From: Deltaproteobacteria bacterium
GTDB taxonomy: Bacteria; Myxococcota_A; Polyangia; DRWM01; JAAZOP01
DNA: 64,000 nt
NCBI GenBank assembly: GCA_016218815.1
Contig: JACRCX010000124.1
Span: 1,427-65,426, forward strand
Direction of reading: 5' to 3'
Shown one piece after another: positions 1 to 9,903 of the stretch. Made by a program: the position numbers and the translations under genes. Positions within the stretch are counted from its first letter, which is position 1, and each line of letters begins with the position of its first letter. Under the pieces are notes generated by a model that saw only the letters and a program-made list of their open reading frames with translations, made no database searches and was not told where the DNA came from.

Positions 1-2
1 CG

Positions 3-500
3 GAGGTGCTCTTGCTGGACGAGCCGACGAACGGGGTCGACCCGGTGTCGCGGCTCGACCTGTGGGAGCTGTTGTACGGCTTCGTGGCGGAGGGGATGTC
101 GGTGGTGGTCTCGACGCCGTACATGGACGAGGCGGAGCGGTGCCATCGGGTGGGTCTGGTGCACCACGGGAAGCTGCTCTTGGAGGGGGCGCCGGAGCGG
201 CTGGTCGGGGGGTTTTCGGGGGTGGTGCTGCGGGCGACGGGGGAGATGGAGCGGGTGGAGGGATTGCTGGAGGGGGTGGGGGCGGGGGTGATCGCGGTGG
301 CTCCGTTGGGCGGTTCGTTGCGGGTGGTGGTGGCGGCCGAGGCGGCGGGTGGGGTGGAGCGGGAGTTGAGGGGAGCGGGAGCGGAGGTGGAGCGGCTGCG
401 GCCGAACTTCGAGGATCTGTTCCTGGCGCGGGCGGGGGAGGTGGAGGGCGCCGAGGGGAGAGGAGGGGGGGGGAGATCCGACTTACCGCTGAGACGCTGA
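3..500 (+). CDS. ABC transporter ATP-binding protein, C-terminal part (5' truncated by window edge)
   Basis: Walker B/D-loop LLLDEPTNGVDP and switch region STPYMDEAERC. The last codons and stop lie inside the 472-527 repeat. Confidence 0.85.
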   Translation, partial: EVLLLDEPTNGVDPVSRLDLWELLYGFVAEGMSVVVSTPYMDEAERCHRVGLVHHGKLLLEGAPERLVGGFSGVVLRATGEMERVEGLLEGVGAGVIAVAPLGGSLRVVVAAEAAGGVERELRGAGAEVERLRPNFEDLFLARAGEVEGAEGRGGGGRSDLPLRR

Positions 501-527
501 GGGCGCTGAGAGGGACGCTGAGAAGGC
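472..527 (+). repeat. Dispersed ~56-nt element with internal CGCTGAG units, copy 1
   Basis: GGAGATCCGACTTACCGCTGAGACGCTGAGGGCGCTGAGAGGGACGCTGAGAAGGC; near-identical copy at 20510-20565. Confidence 0.9.
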
Positions 528-544
528 AGGGAAGGGGTAGGGTG

Positions 545-1489
545 ATGGGCGAGGAGGCGACGGGCGGGGAGGCGATCGTCGTGGAGGGGTTGGGGCGGCG
601 GTTCGGGAGTTTCGACGCGGTGCGGGAGGTTTCGTTCGCGGTGGGGCGGGGGGAGATCTTCGGGTATCTGGGGGCGAACGGGGCGGGGAAGTCGACGACG
701 ATCCGGATCCTGTGCGGGCTCTTGGCGCCGACGAGCGGGCGGGCGCGGGTTGCGGGGATTGACGTCCGGAGCGATCCGGAGGGGGTGAAGCGGCGCATCG
801 GGTACATGTCGCAGAAATTCTCGCTCTATCCGGACCTGACGGTGGAGGAGAACCTGGACTTCTTCGGGGGGGCGTACGGGTTGTCGGGAAAAGCGTTGGC
901 GCGGCGGATCGACGAGTTGATCGCGGAGGTGGGGCTGGGGGCGCAGCGGCGGGTGCAGACGCGGAGCCTGCCCGGGGGATGGCAGCAGCGGGCGGCGCTG
1001 GCGGGGGCTCTCCTGCACGACCCGGAGATCCTGTTCCTGGACGAGCCGACGGCGGGGGTCGACCCGGCGTCGCGGCGGGAGTTCCTGGCGCTGGTGCGGC
1101 GGCGGGTGCGGCGTGGGGTGACGGTGTTCCTGACGACGCACTACATGGACGAGGCGGAGTACTGCGGGCGGGTGGGGCTGATGGTGGACGGGCGGCTGGC
1201 GACGCTGGGCACACCGGCGGAGCTGAAGGCGCGGCACGTGCCGGGTGCGTTCTTCGCGGTGCGGGCGGGGCGCCGGGCGGAGCTCTTGGCGTTGTTGCCG
1301 GGGCTGGACGGTGTGCTGGCGGCGAACCCGCACGGGGCGGGGTTCCGGGTGCGGCTGGACCCGGCGAGGCTTTCGGCGGAGGGGCTGGCGGCGCGGTGTC
1401 GCGAGGTGGACGCGGGGGTGGAGATCGAGCCGGCGGGGTCGACGCTGGACGACGTGTTCCTGCAGGTCGTGGCGGGGGGGAGGGCCTAG
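545..1489 (+). CDS. ABC transporter ATP-binding protein (ABC-2/YbhF-like)
   Basis: Walker A GANGAGKST, signature LPGGWQQR, Walker B LFLDEPT, THYMDEAE; ATG at 545 inside ORF 62..1489. Confidence 0.92.
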   Translation: MGEEATGGEAIVVEGLGRRFGSFDAVREVSFAVGRGEIFGYLGANGAGKSTTIRILCGLLAPTSGRARVAGIDVRSDPEGVKRRIGYMSQKFSLYPDLTVEENLDFFGGAYGLSGKALARRIDELIAEVGLGAQRRVQTRSLPGGWQQRAALAGALLHDPEILFLDEPTAGVDPASRREFLALVRRRVRRGVTVFLTTHYMDEAEYCGRVGLMVDGRLATLGTPAELKARHVPGAFFAVRAGRRAELLALLPGLDGVLAANPHGAGFRVRLDPARLSAEGLAARCREVDAGVEIEPAGSTLDDVFLQVVAGGRA

Positions 1490-1500
1490 GGGAGGGCAGA

Positions 1501-1520
1501 AACCACCGATGGACACCGAT
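1501..1520 (+). repeat. 10-mer periodic intergenic repeat AACCACCGAT-GGACACCGAT
   Basis: Same motif at 3841-3870 and 37412-37440. Confidence 0.85.
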
Positions 1521-1550
1521 AGGGCAAGGGACGGGCGGCCGGGGCGGGGG

Positions 1551-2684
1551 ATGCGCTTCCTGCGGCGGACGATGGCGATGGCGGGCAAGGAGTCGCTGCA
1601 CGTGATGCGCGACCCGCGGACGTTGTACCTGGCGTTGGGGATGCCGGTGGTGCTGCTGGTGATCTTCGGGTTCGGGGTGAGCTTCGACATGAACGACGTG
1701 CCGCTGGCGGTGGTTGACCAGGACCAGACGCCGGCCTCGCGGTCGCTGGTGGCGTCGTTGGGTGGGGGTGGGGAGTTCGAGGTGGTGGCGCGGCCGGGGG
1801 ACGCGCGCGGGGTGGACCGGCTGTTCCGGACGCGCGAGGCCTCGGCGGCGGTGGTGATCCCGGCGGGGATGCAGGCGGCGTGGGACCGGGGGGAGCGGGT
1901 GCCGGTGCAGGTGCTGCTGGACGGGAGCGACGGGACGTCGGCGTCGAACGTGCTGGGGACGGCGGTGGGGGCGATCCAGGCGGAGTCGTCGCGACGGCTG
2001 GCGGAGCGGACCCTGGGGCAGGGGGGGGGCGGGGCTCGTCCGCTGTCGGCGCGGGTGCGTCTCCTGTTCAACCCGGCGTTGCGTTCGGCGGTGTTCTTCG
2101 TGCCGGGGCTGATCGCGTACATCCTGTACATCGTGGGGGTGCTGCTGACGGCGTTGACGGTGGCGCGGGAGAACGAGCGGGGGAACCTGGAGCAGCTCTT
2201 CGCGACGCCGGTGGGGCGGGTCGAGGTGCTGTTGGGCAAGCTGTTGCCGTACCTGGCGATCGGGGTGGTGCAGGCGCTGCTGGTGTTGGCGTTCGGGATG
2301 GTGGTGTTCGACGTGCCGCTGCGGGGGAGCGTGGCGGTGCTGGGGCTGGGGACGATGCTGTTCCTGTTCGGGGCGCTGGGGCAGGGGTTGTTCATCTCGG
2401 CGATCACGGGGAGCCAGCAGGTGGCGACGCAGGCGGGGGCGTTGTCGTCGCTGCTGCCGGGGATCCTGCTCTCGGGATTCGTGATCCCGGTGGAGACGAT
2501 GCCGCGGGTGCTGCAATGGATCGCGTCGTTGTTCCCGGCGCGGTACTTCGTGACGATCCTGCGCGGCGTGATGCTCAAGGGCAACGGGCTGGACGTGTTG
2601 TGGCGCGAGTTCGTGGCGCTGGGGATCTTCAGCGTGGTGGCGATGACGGTGGCGACGATGAAGTTCAAGCGGGGGGGGTCATGA
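1551..2684 (+). CDS. ABC-2 type permease (YbhS-like)
   Basis: KESLHVMRDPR, VVDQDQTPASR, FNP..S..FFVPG, ARENERGNLEQL; multiple TM segments. Confidence 0.9.
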   Translation: MRFLRRTMAMAGKESLHVMRDPRTLYLALGMPVVLLVIFGFGVSFDMNDVPLAVVDQDQTPASRSLVASLGGGGEFEVVARPGDARGVDRLFRTREASAAVVIPAGMQAAWDRGERVPVQVLLDGSDGTSASNVLGTAVGAIQAESSRRLAERTLGQGGGGARPLSARVRLLFNPALRSAVFFVPGLIAYILYIVGVLLTALTVARENERGNLEQLFATPVGRVEVLLGKLLPYLAIGVVQALLVLAFGMVVFDVPLRGSVAVLGLGTMLFLFGALGQGLFISAITGSQQVATQAGALSSLLPGILLSGFVIPVETMPRVLQWIASLFPARYFVTILRGVMLKGNGLDVLWREFVALGIFSVVAMTVATMKFKRGGS

Positions 2685-3820
2685 CGCCCGCGTTCCGGGC
2701 GGTGGTGCGCAAGGAGATCCGGCAGATCACGCGGGACCGGCGGATGATCCCGATGCTGGTGGTCGCGCCGGTCATCCAGCTCGTGGTCTTCGGGTACGCG
2801 GTCAACTTCGAGGTGAACCGGGTGGAGACGGTGGTGTGCGACGGCGATCGGACGGCGCAGAGCCGAGCGATCGTGCGCAGCCTGGAGGCGGACGGGACGT
2901 TCCACGACATCGGGCCGGCGCGCGACTGCGGACGGATCGAGAACGAGGTGGTGGACGGGCGGGCGCAGGCGGCGCTGCTGGTACCGCGGGGGCTGGCGCG
3001 GGACCTGGCGGCGGAGCGTCCGGCGGAGGTGCAGGTACTGGTGGACGGGAGCAACCCGACGATCGGGCGATTCGCGGCGCTGGCGGCCTCGGGTGCGGTC
3101 GACCTGCAGGGGATGAGGGTGTTGCGGGAGCGGGTGGCGCGGCAGCGGGGGTTGCAGGGAGCGGAGGTGGCGTTGCCGGCGCTGCAGCCGGAGCCGCGGC
3201 TGTTCTACAACCCGCAGATGAAGAGCCCGCTGTTCATGGTGCCGGGGGTGGCGGCGATGCTGCTGCTGGTGGTGACGACGATCGCGACGGCGATGGGGCT
3301 GGCGCGGGAGCGGGAGTTGGGGACGCTGGAGCAGGTGATGGTGACGCCGGTGCGTCCGGGCGAGCTGATCCTGGGCAAGGTGACGCCGTTCGTGGCGGTC
3401 GGGCTGCTGGACGTGCTGGCGACGCTGACGGTCGGTTCGTGGGTCTTCGACGTGCCGATCCGCGGCTCGCTGTGGCTGCTGGCGCTGGGCACGGTGCTGT
3501 ACGTCTTTTCCACGGTGGGGCTGGGGTTGTTCATCTCGACGGTGAGCCGCACGCAGCAGCAGGCGTTCATGGGGGGGTTCCTGGCGATGATGCCGGCGAT
3601 CCTGCTTTCGGGGGTGATGACGCCGGTGGAGAACATGCCGTCGTGGCTGCAGCCGATCGCGTGGATCAACCCGGTGAAGTACTACGTGGAGGTGCTGCGG
3701 GGCATCCTGCTCAAGGCGGCGGACATCCGCGACTTGTGGCGGCCGCTCGGGGCGTTGTTCGTGTTCGGGGTGTTGATCCTGACGCTGGCGGTGGCGCGGT
3801 TCCGGAAGCGGCTGGCGTAG
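2681..3820 (+). CDS. ABC-2 type permease (YbhR-like)
   Basis: KEIRQITRDRR, FYNP, ARERELGTLEQVMVTP; ATGA overlap with previous stop. Confidence 0.9.
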   Translation: MTPAFRAVVRKEIRQITRDRRMIPMLVVAPVIQLVVFGYAVNFEVNRVETVVCDGDRTAQSRAIVRSLEADGTFHDIGPARDCGRIENEVVDGRAQAALLVPRGLARDLAAERPAEVQVLVDGSNPTIGRFAALAASGAVDLQGMRVLRERVARQRGLQGAEVALPALQPEPRLFYNPQMKSPLFMVPGVAAMLLLVVTTIATAMGLARERELGTLEQVMVTPVRPGELILGKVTPFVAVGLLDVLATLTVGSWVFDVPIRGSLWLLALGTVLYVFSTVGLGLFISTVSRTQQQAFMGGFLAMMPAILLSGVMTPVENMPSWLQPIAWINPVKYYVEVLRGILLKAADIRDLWRPLGALFVFGVLILTLAVARFRKRLA

Positions 3821-3840
3821 GGGGGGAGGGCGGCGGAAGG

Positions 3841-3912
3841 AACCACCGATGGACACCGATGGACACCGATTCCGGGGGGGGAATTTTCGCGCAGAGACGC
3901 AGAGACGCAGAG
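3841..3912 (+). repeat. Composite intergenic repeat: 10-mer CACCGAT array plus 8-mer CGCAGAGA array
   Basis: AACCACCGAT(GGACACCGAT)x2, then GGAATTTTCGCGCAGAGACGCAGAGACGCAGAG (3880-3912), which recurs inverted at 42029-42061. Confidence 0.9.
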
Positions 3913-3981
3913 GGGGAGGGGTGACAGGGGGAGGGGGTCGGGGGTAGGGTGCGGCTTCGTCCGGTGCGGAGGGAGGCGACC

Positions 3982-5361
3982 ATGAAGCTTGTTTGTCTCG
4001 CGTGGATTGGTTTGGGACTGGTTGGCGGTGCGGGGTGCAAGTCGTCGGGGGAGTGTGCGAAGTGCGCGTGCGACGGGGGGGGGGGCGGGGCGGTCGCGCA
4101 GGCGCCGGTTTCGGGGGAGAAGGCGAAGGGGGAGCCGACGCAGCCGTCGGCGCACAGGGCGCCGGCCGAGCCGGCGCGGGGGGCGCTCGCGGCAGCGGCG
4201 AAGTGCGCGGCGGGGGCGGACTGCGAGACGGAGGTGGAAGCGCCGCCGGGGCCGGGGCGACCGATCGTTGGTTCGGAGGAGCCCGTGACGGGATCGCGGC
4301 CGCTGGTGCCTCCGACGGGAGCGCTGGCGCCGGTGGAGGTGGTGCCTTCGGGCGAGCCGCTGGCGCCGGGACTCGCGGCGCACCTGGAGCGGATCCCCGC
4401 AGGGGACGGGATGATGGTGGTGGTGCAGGCCGACGTGCGGGCGTTGCTGTCGGCGGACCAGGTGCGGGAGGCGTTCCGGTCGGCGGTGGCGCTGTTGGCG
4501 GGCGAGGTTCCGGGGGACCTGTCGTGCGCGGCGGAGTTGCTGGCGGCGACGGAGCTGGTGACGGTGGTGTTCTTCGAGAACCAGGGCGGGCACGAGTCGG
4601 GTGGCGTGATCCTGGAGGGGGGGGCGGACCTGCCGGGGGTGATCGAGTGCGCGGGCCGGATCGTTCCGAGCGAGCTGCCGGACGGCGCGGCGGCGCAGGC
4701 AGCGCGGGGGTATGTGGAGCTTGACGACGACTTCGCGCTCGGAACGCTGGGGCCGCGGACGATCGTCGTGGGCGAGCCGGCGCTGGTGATGGAGATGCGG
4801 GCGGGGCGGGTGCGCCGGCCGCTTTCGGCGTCGCCGGAGTTCCAGGCGGCGCAGCGGGTGGCGGGGGCGGGGCCGGTGACGGTGGTGGCGATCGCGCACG
4901 ACGAGCGCGGGGAGGAGGACGAGTCGTTCAGCGGCGGCGCGGTGCTGCGGACGAGTCCGCGGCTGGAGGCGGTGGGGGTCTTCACGTTCGCCTCGATGGA
5001 GATGGTCGGGGAGCTCGTCGACGACTTCACCGAGGCGGTGGGGGAGATGGACCACGACCGCGCGATGATCCTGCGCGAGCTGAGCGACGCGCCCGGGGGA
5101 CCGGCGCTGGCGGGGGAGGTGGTGGGACTGCTGGACGCGGCAGTGGACGCGCGGCTGACGATCCAGGGGAGCACGTTGTCGTTCGAGGTGCGGGCGCCGC
5201 AGGGCGCGACGCCGGCGAGTCTGGCGGCGACGGCGGCGCGGGCGGTGCCGCTGTTGCTGATGGGGGAGAAGCACGACGAGGAGGCGGTGACGGAGCCGCC
5301 GTCGGAGCGCGCGATCGCGGTGCCGCCGATTCCCGTGGAACCGCAGCAGCCGTTCGAGTGA
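3982..5361 (+). CDS. Hypothetical lipoprotein
   Basis: GGAGG RBS, MKLVCLAWIGLGLVGGAGC lipobox-like signal, Pro/Ala linker, globular C-terminal region. Confidence 0.7.
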   Translation: MKLVCLAWIGLGLVGGAGCKSSGECAKCACDGGGGGAVAQAPVSGEKAKGEPTQPSAHRAPAEPARGALAAAAKCAAGADCETEVEAPPGPGRPIVGSEEPVTGSRPLVPPTGALAPVEVVPSGEPLAPGLAAHLERIPAGDGMMVVVQADVRALLSADQVREAFRSAVALLAGEVPGDLSCAAELLAATELVTVVFFENQGGHESGGVILEGGADLPGVIECAGRIVPSELPDGAAAQAARGYVELDDDFALGTLGPRTIVVGEPALVMEMRAGRVRRPLSASPEFQAAQRVAGAGPVTVVAIAHDERGEEDESFSGGAVLRTSPRLEAVGVFTFASMEMVGELVDDFTEAVGEMDHDRAMILRELSDAPGGPALAGEVVGLLDAAVDARLTIQGSTLSFEVRAPQGATPASLAATAARAVPLLLMGEKHDEEAVTEPPSERAIAVPPIPVEPQQPFE

Positions 5362-5410
5362 AGTCGGCGCCGGGGCCGTACGGTGCGGGAGACCGGAGTG
5401 GCGCCGGCGG

Positions 5411-6499
5411 TCACGAGGCGCGGCAGGACAGGCCGATGAAGCCGTATTCGCGCAGGACGTCGCGGGCGGCGCGCACGGCGGTCGCGCCGTCGATATCGGT
5501 GATCCGGGCGAGGACGTCTTCCAGGGGTTCGGGCCGAGTTGCCGGCAGGGCGGCGGCGGCGTGGGTCTTTGCCCAGGCGTGCAGGTGAGCGACCAGGCGC
5601 CGGGGCAGCCACCCTTCGCGTTCCGCGATCACCCTGGCGTCCTCGTCCAGAAGGGCGGGGTCGCGGCGAGCGAGTGCGACGGCCGAGACCTCGGCCAGCT
5701 CCTTCCAGCGTGACGAGCCGGTCCGGGCGACGACGTCCTGGAGGTGCTTGTCGAAGGCGACGACGAACGCCTGTTCGAGGGCCCAGGTCGGCGCGGCCGA
5801 GTGGAGGATCGCGAGGCAGGCCTGGGCGGGATCGTCCAGGTGCAGGGCGGCGAAGTCCGTCGGCTCGAAACCGCGGACGGTCTCCTCGGCCAGCTCGATT
5901 GCTCGCACGGCCGCTTCCAGGACGAACAGGTCGGCGCCGGCGGCGGCGAGCTGGTCGAGGAGCTGGAGCTTCGCGGCGCGCTCCGGGGCGTCCAGCAGCG
6001 CGCCCAGGGCAGCCAGCGTCGGGACGGTCGAGACGCGAAGGGCCGGGGCGAGCATTCGTGCGATCACGGCCTTGATCGTGGGGAGCCGCATCGTGTCGAG
6101 CCGTCGCGGCGGCGGCCGGTCGCCCGGCGCGGTCAGGAGCAGCTCGGCGGCGAGCTTGTCCTCGCGGTGCTTCCACTCGACATGGAGCCAGAACACGACT
6201 TTCTCGTCGCCGGGGGCGAGTACGAGGGAGAGGCTTCGCTCGAACACGCGTCCGCGGTGGACGACGAACATGGGCGGCGTGGCCTCGTGGCGGTTCTCGA
6301 GCACGACGAGCGCGGCGTTCCGCGGCGTCTCGCCGGCGAACTCGGGTTTCACTTCGACGCGGAAGGCGTGGCCGTCCGTCTCGGGGGTGACGCGGACGGA
6401 GAGGTGGTGCGGGGACTTCTCGTCCGAGGCGCCGTGGACGGTCCGCAGTGGGAGTCGCAGGGCGCGGAACCGGCCGGCGCGCAGGCGATCCAGCCGCAT
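5411..6499 (-). CDS. Hypothetical protein
   Basis: Ordinary amino-acid composition from MRLDRLRAG; GGAGG upstream; start uncertain. Confidence 0.65.
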   Translation of the reverse strand: MRLDRLRAGRFRALRLPLRTVHGASDEKSPHHLSVRVTPETDGHAFRVEVKPEFAGETPRNAALVVLENRHEATPPMFVVHRGRVFERSLSLVLAPGDEKVVFWLHVEWKHREDKLAAELLLTAPGDRPPPRRLDTMRLPTIKAVIARMLAPALRVSTVPTLAALGALLDAPERAAKLQLLDQLAAAGADLFVLEAAVRAIELAEETVRGFEPTDFAALHLDDPAQACLAILHSAAPTWALEQAFVVAFDKHLQDVVARTGSSRWKELAEVSAVALARRDPALLDEDARVIAEREGWLPRRLVAHLHAWAKTHAAAALPATRPEPLEDVLARITDIDGATAVRAARDVLREYGFIGLSCRAS

Positions 6500-6821
6500 G
6501 CCGCCGGCGGCGGCCTCCTCGCTCGACTTCGCGGAGCGGCGCGCGGGGCCGCGCGGTGGAGGAGGGAGGGACTGGGGACTGGGCACCGGCGATTGTTCGG
6601 ACGAGGTTCGGTCCACGAATGCACCTCCCGCGTGGCGAACAACCTGTCGGGCGTCTCGGCCGCCTCTTGTTGATGATGACGGCGATCGGGACGTCCTGTC
6701 CATCCCGAGTGCAGGACAGGCGAAGTTCGTGCCGGGCGTCGGGTCGGGGGCGGCGAGGAGTCGCCGCGTCGTGATGTCAACGGGTTGGCCGAGCCGTGGC
6801 GATCCGGCGCGTGTAGGCGTC

Positions 6822-6855
6822 GATCAAAAACGATCGGAGTTGATCGTTTTTGATC
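6822..6855. terminator. Perfect 14-bp AT-rich inverted repeat (terminator or operator)
   Basis: GATCAAAAACGATC-ggagtt-GATCGTTTTTGATC, 4 nt past the stop of 6860..7252(-). Confidence 0.55.
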
Positions 6856-6859
6856 AGGG

Positions 6860-7252
6860 TCAGGTCTTCGGGGCGAGCCCGACGTGCTGTTCGATGCGGG
6901 CGACGCGGGAGCGGAACTCGGAGCGGTCGGCGCGGTGCTCGTCGCGCCAGTCGCGGATGAGGCTGCCGAGATCGCGGACATCGCCGGCGAGCGCGGTGGT
7001 CGCCGTGGCCAGGCGGACTTCGGACTCCAGCAGCCTGCCGCGCAGGCCGCCGATCTCGTCTTTCAGTTCGGCAGGGACGGCATCGAGGCGCTTGTTGGTC
7101 TGATCGATGCGCGACGCCAACTCCCGTCGGGTGAGCTCGAGCTCGGTCTCGAGCGACGCCTTGAGCGCTTTCATTTCGTTCCAGATCTCGCGCAGGATTG
7201 CGACCTGCGCGCTAGCGTTTCCCGACCGAGAGCCGCGAGGACGCGTCGTCAT
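6860..7252 (-). CDS. Small coiled-coil hypothetical protein
   Basis: 130 aa with heptad-like L/I pattern (ELASRIDQTNKRLDAV). Confidence 0.7.
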   Translation of the reverse strand: MTTRPRGSRSGNASAQVAILREIWNEMKALKASLETELELTRRELASRIDQTNKRLDAVPAELKDEIGGLRGRLLESEVRLATATTALAGDVRDLGSLIRDWRDEHRADRSEFRSRVARIEQHVGLAPKT

Positions 7253-7305
7253 GCACTCACCCTAGCAACCGGTCCGTGACCCGTCAAACGCGGCGGGCCG
7301 ACGTG

Positions 7306-7353
7306 TTACCCGAGGATCTTGCCGAACTCCGGGGTGCAGGCCCAGGCGCGGAG
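7306..7353 (-). pseudogene. Orphan copy of the 3' end of the giant TPR gene
   Basis: 42/48 nt match to 12835-12882; encodes LRAWACTPEFGKILG* versus LLAWACTPEFGKVLG*. Confidence 0.8.
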
Positions 7354-7419
7354 CATGCCGGGCGGGGCAACCCACCGGCGCGGTGGTGGCACACGGCGTA
7401 CGTGCTGGTGCGCGAGGCG

Positions 7420-8751
7420 CTACGATCGTGCGGCAAGGCCCTGGGCCGCGAGGAAGGCGGGGAGGTCCTGGGGCAGGATCCAGGAGACGCGCGTCGCGCC
7501 GACCGGTTCCTCGTGGCGCAGTGCGAGGTTCACGACGGCGAAGGAGGCCGGGTGGTACGCGTCCAGGAAGCTGCGGGCGGAGCGTTCCAGTCGGGGCCGG
7601 GGCATCCGGGATGCCTTCGCTTCGATTCCGACGAGGCGGTCATTGCGCACGAGGACGAAGTCCACCTCGGCTCCGGACTTCGTCCGCCAGTAGTGGAGGA
7701 GCGTCTTCCGGTCGAGCAGTTTGGCGATTTCCGAGAAGACCCAGTTCTCGAGCAGAGGTCCCTGGTCCTGCCGGGCGGCGTAGTCGTCGAACCCGCCGGA
7801 CAGGGCGTTGCGCAGTCCGTTGTCGACGAAGAACACCTTGGGTGCGGCGGCCAGCTCGCGGCGCTTGCCTCCGGCGAAGACGCGGATGGTCCGCACGATG
7901 TGGGACTGTTCGAGAAGGTACAGGTAGCTGGCGACGGTCTTGGCATCGATCCCGCCGACGGCGGCCCATTCGGCGAGGTTGACGAGAGAGCCGACCTGGC
8001 GTGCGGCGAGGGCGGCGATGCGATGCAGGGCGTCGGGGTGGCGGATGCGGAACAGAACGGAGGCGTCGCGCAGCACCAGCGCATCCAGCAACTCGGAGAG
8101 GACGTCGGCGGGGGAGTCGGAGAGCCACGCCTCCGGGTACCCGCCGAAGACGACGGCGCGCAGGAAGCGCTCGCGGCGCACGGCGTCGCGCACGGCCGGG
8201 GCCGCGCCGTGTCCTTCGCCGGCGACCTCGTCCAGCGTGAAGGGAAAGACGCCGACCCGGCGGGCGCGCCCGGCGAGCGACTCGCGCACGGCTTCGCGGG
8301 CCTCGTAGGCCGACGAGCCCGTGGCGACGACGGCGAGGCCGCTGCGAGCGTCGGCGAGTCCCTTGAGGAACAGGCCGACCTCCGGCAGGTGCTGCACTTC
8401 GTCCAGGAAGAGGACGGCGATCGTCTTGCCGAAGCGTCGCAGATCGTCGAGCAGCAGGGTGGGGGAGGTCGAGCACCAGTTGCGGACGAGAGCTTCCTCG
8501 CAGTTGAGGTAGAGCACGTGCGGGCCGCGAGTTTCGAGCAGGTGCCAGACGAGCGTCGACTTCCCGGCCTGGCGGGGTCCGGTGACGAGCAGGACCTTGT
8601 CCCGGCGTCCCAGGGCCGCGGCGACGGACGGCTCCGCTTTCCGGGCGACGAAGGTTTCGGGGAGATGGACGCGCACGGCGGCGGGCCACGAGTGGGCATC
8701 GCGAAGCCACGGGTTGTTCTTGAGCACCAGTCGTTCGAGGGCGGGGTCCAC
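7420..8751 (-). CDS. AAA+ ATPase, AAA_14/DUF4143 type
   Basis: GPRQAGKST, FLDEVQ, TGSS, ESLAGR, GGYPE, KVFFVDNGLRN, LLENWV, YWRTKSGAEVDFV, IEAK. Confidence 0.9.
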   Translation of the reverse strand: MDPALERLVLKNNPWLRDAHSWPAAVRVHLPETFVARKAEPSVAAALGRRDKVLLVTGPRQAGKSTLVWHLLETRGPHVLYLNCEEALVRNWCSTSPTLLLDDLRRFGKTIAVLFLDEVQHLPEVGLFLKGLADARSGLAVVATGSSAYEAREAVRESLAGRARRVGVFPFTLDEVAGEGHGAAPAVRDAVRRERFLRAVVFGGYPEAWLSDSPADVLSELLDALVLRDASVLFRIRHPDALHRIAALAARQVGSLVNLAEWAAVGGIDAKTVASYLYLLEQSHIVRTIRVFAGGKRRELAAAPKVFFVDNGLRNALSGGFDDYAARQDQGPLLENWVFSEIAKLLDRKTLLHYWRTKSGAEVDFVLVRNDRLVGIEAKASRMPRPRLERSARSFLDAYHPASFAVVNLALRHEEPVGATRVSWILPQDLPAFLAAQGLAARS

Positions 8752-8972
8752 GTGGAGCGAGCCTCCAGTGATCCTGAGTAACCCGGCTATTCAGGAATGT
8801 CAATCCCATCTGGCCGGGATAATCGGGAGCTGACATGATCGTTGCCCGCAACCGCTCCGGCTGCTATCTTCCGTGGCTCCTGGACGACGCGAAGATCGGC
8901 AAGCCGGTCGGAAGAAGAAATAGCGTCGGATGGACTGCGCTCCGCTCGCGTCGAGGGAACAAGGAGGTCGTC

Positions 8973-9677
8973 ATGAAGTTGGGAAAGAGACTTGTCGTGC
9001 TGCTTGCCGTGGTTCTTCTTCCGCCGGCGTCGGGGTGCGACGAGGGGTCCGACGATACCGCCGACGCGGATGTCGGGACCGACGGCGATGGCGGGGCCGA
9101 TGCAGACGCGGACGCGGACGCGGACGCGGACGCAGATGCAGATGCCGACGCGGATGCAGACGCGGACGCAGATGCCGATGCGGATGCGGATGCAGACGCA
9201 GACGCAGATGCAGACGCAGATGCCGATGCGGATGCAGATGCAGACGCAGACGCCGGCTCGGACGTCGTGACGGGCGTCATCGGCGCGAGCGGCGGCTCGC
9301 TGGTCGGTCCGGACGGCGTCACGTTGACGCTGCTACCCGGCGACGTGGATCACGACATCGAGTTCAGCATCGAGCGGCTCGCGGATCCGCCGGCCGGTAC
9401 GGGGGGGATCTTCGTCGTCGGGACGGCCTACCGGATTGGGCCCTCGGGCACGACGTTCCTGCATCCCATGGGGGCCAGGCTGGACCTGCCCTACGATCCG
9501 GTGCGCCTGGCCGCCACGGGAGCCACCTACGTGGCGGTCCGGGCCTACACCTCCAACCTTCCCGGCGGGCCTTGGACCGAGATTCCGGGCACCGCCACGG
9601 AGACTCCGCCCAACGTGCCGGCGGCGATCACCCATCTGAGCGACTACTTCCCGGGCGTCAGTCTGGCCAAGGACTAG
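8973..9677 (+). CDS. Lipoprotein with (DA)26 tract and ZU5-like beta domain
   Basis: AAGGAGG RBS, signal ending ASGC, DA repeat, [16 protein letters not shown]...[10 protein letters not shown]...ITHLSDY. Confidence 0.8.
   Translation: MKLGKRLVVLLAVVLLPPASGCDEGSDDTADADVGTDGDGGADADADADADADADADADADADADADADADADADADADADADADADADADADAGSDVVTGVIGASGGSLVGPDGVTLTLLPGDVDHDIEFSIERLADPPAGTGGIFVVGTAYRIGPSGTTFLHPMGARLDLPYDPVRLAATGATYVAVRAYTSNLPGGPWTEIPGTATETPPNVPAAITHLSDYFPGVSLAKD
9099..9254 (+). repeat. Coding hexamer repeat GAYGCN x26 (Asp-Ala)
   Basis: Read directly; mixed synonymous codons. Confidence 0.95.
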
Positions 9678-9903
9678 GCGAGGCTGGCGCCTCAGACCGA
9701 CGAGTCATGTGGCACGGGGTCATCCTGACGGTTCCTTGAACGCGAATCCGGCGTGGGAGAGGTGGGGAGGCCGGCTGGAGAGTTGGCGAGGTACGGTGGT
9801 GTGGATGCCGTGGCGCGACGCCCCCTCGACTCCACACATCGGGGTCTCGGAAACCACAGGGAACACGCCGGCAGACGTGTCCCGATCTACGGAGGCATGA
9901 ACG

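Noticed and set aside
1-3820. ABC exporter as part of a RiPP cluster
   Set aside because: Ordinary YbhFSR-like exporter; no adjacent precursor or maturase within the window.
7420-8751. ATPase as a defined anti-phage system or transposition helper
   Set aside because: No partner nuclease, transposase or integrase nearby; the family is commonly standalone.
9099-9254. CRISPR array or phase-variable SSR
   Set aside because: In-frame hexamer with synonymous variation; no spacers or cas genes.
9678-9903. Possible riboswitch or sigma-54 site (TGGCACG at 9710)
   Set aside because: No recognisable aptamer consensus, and the -12 TTGC is missing.
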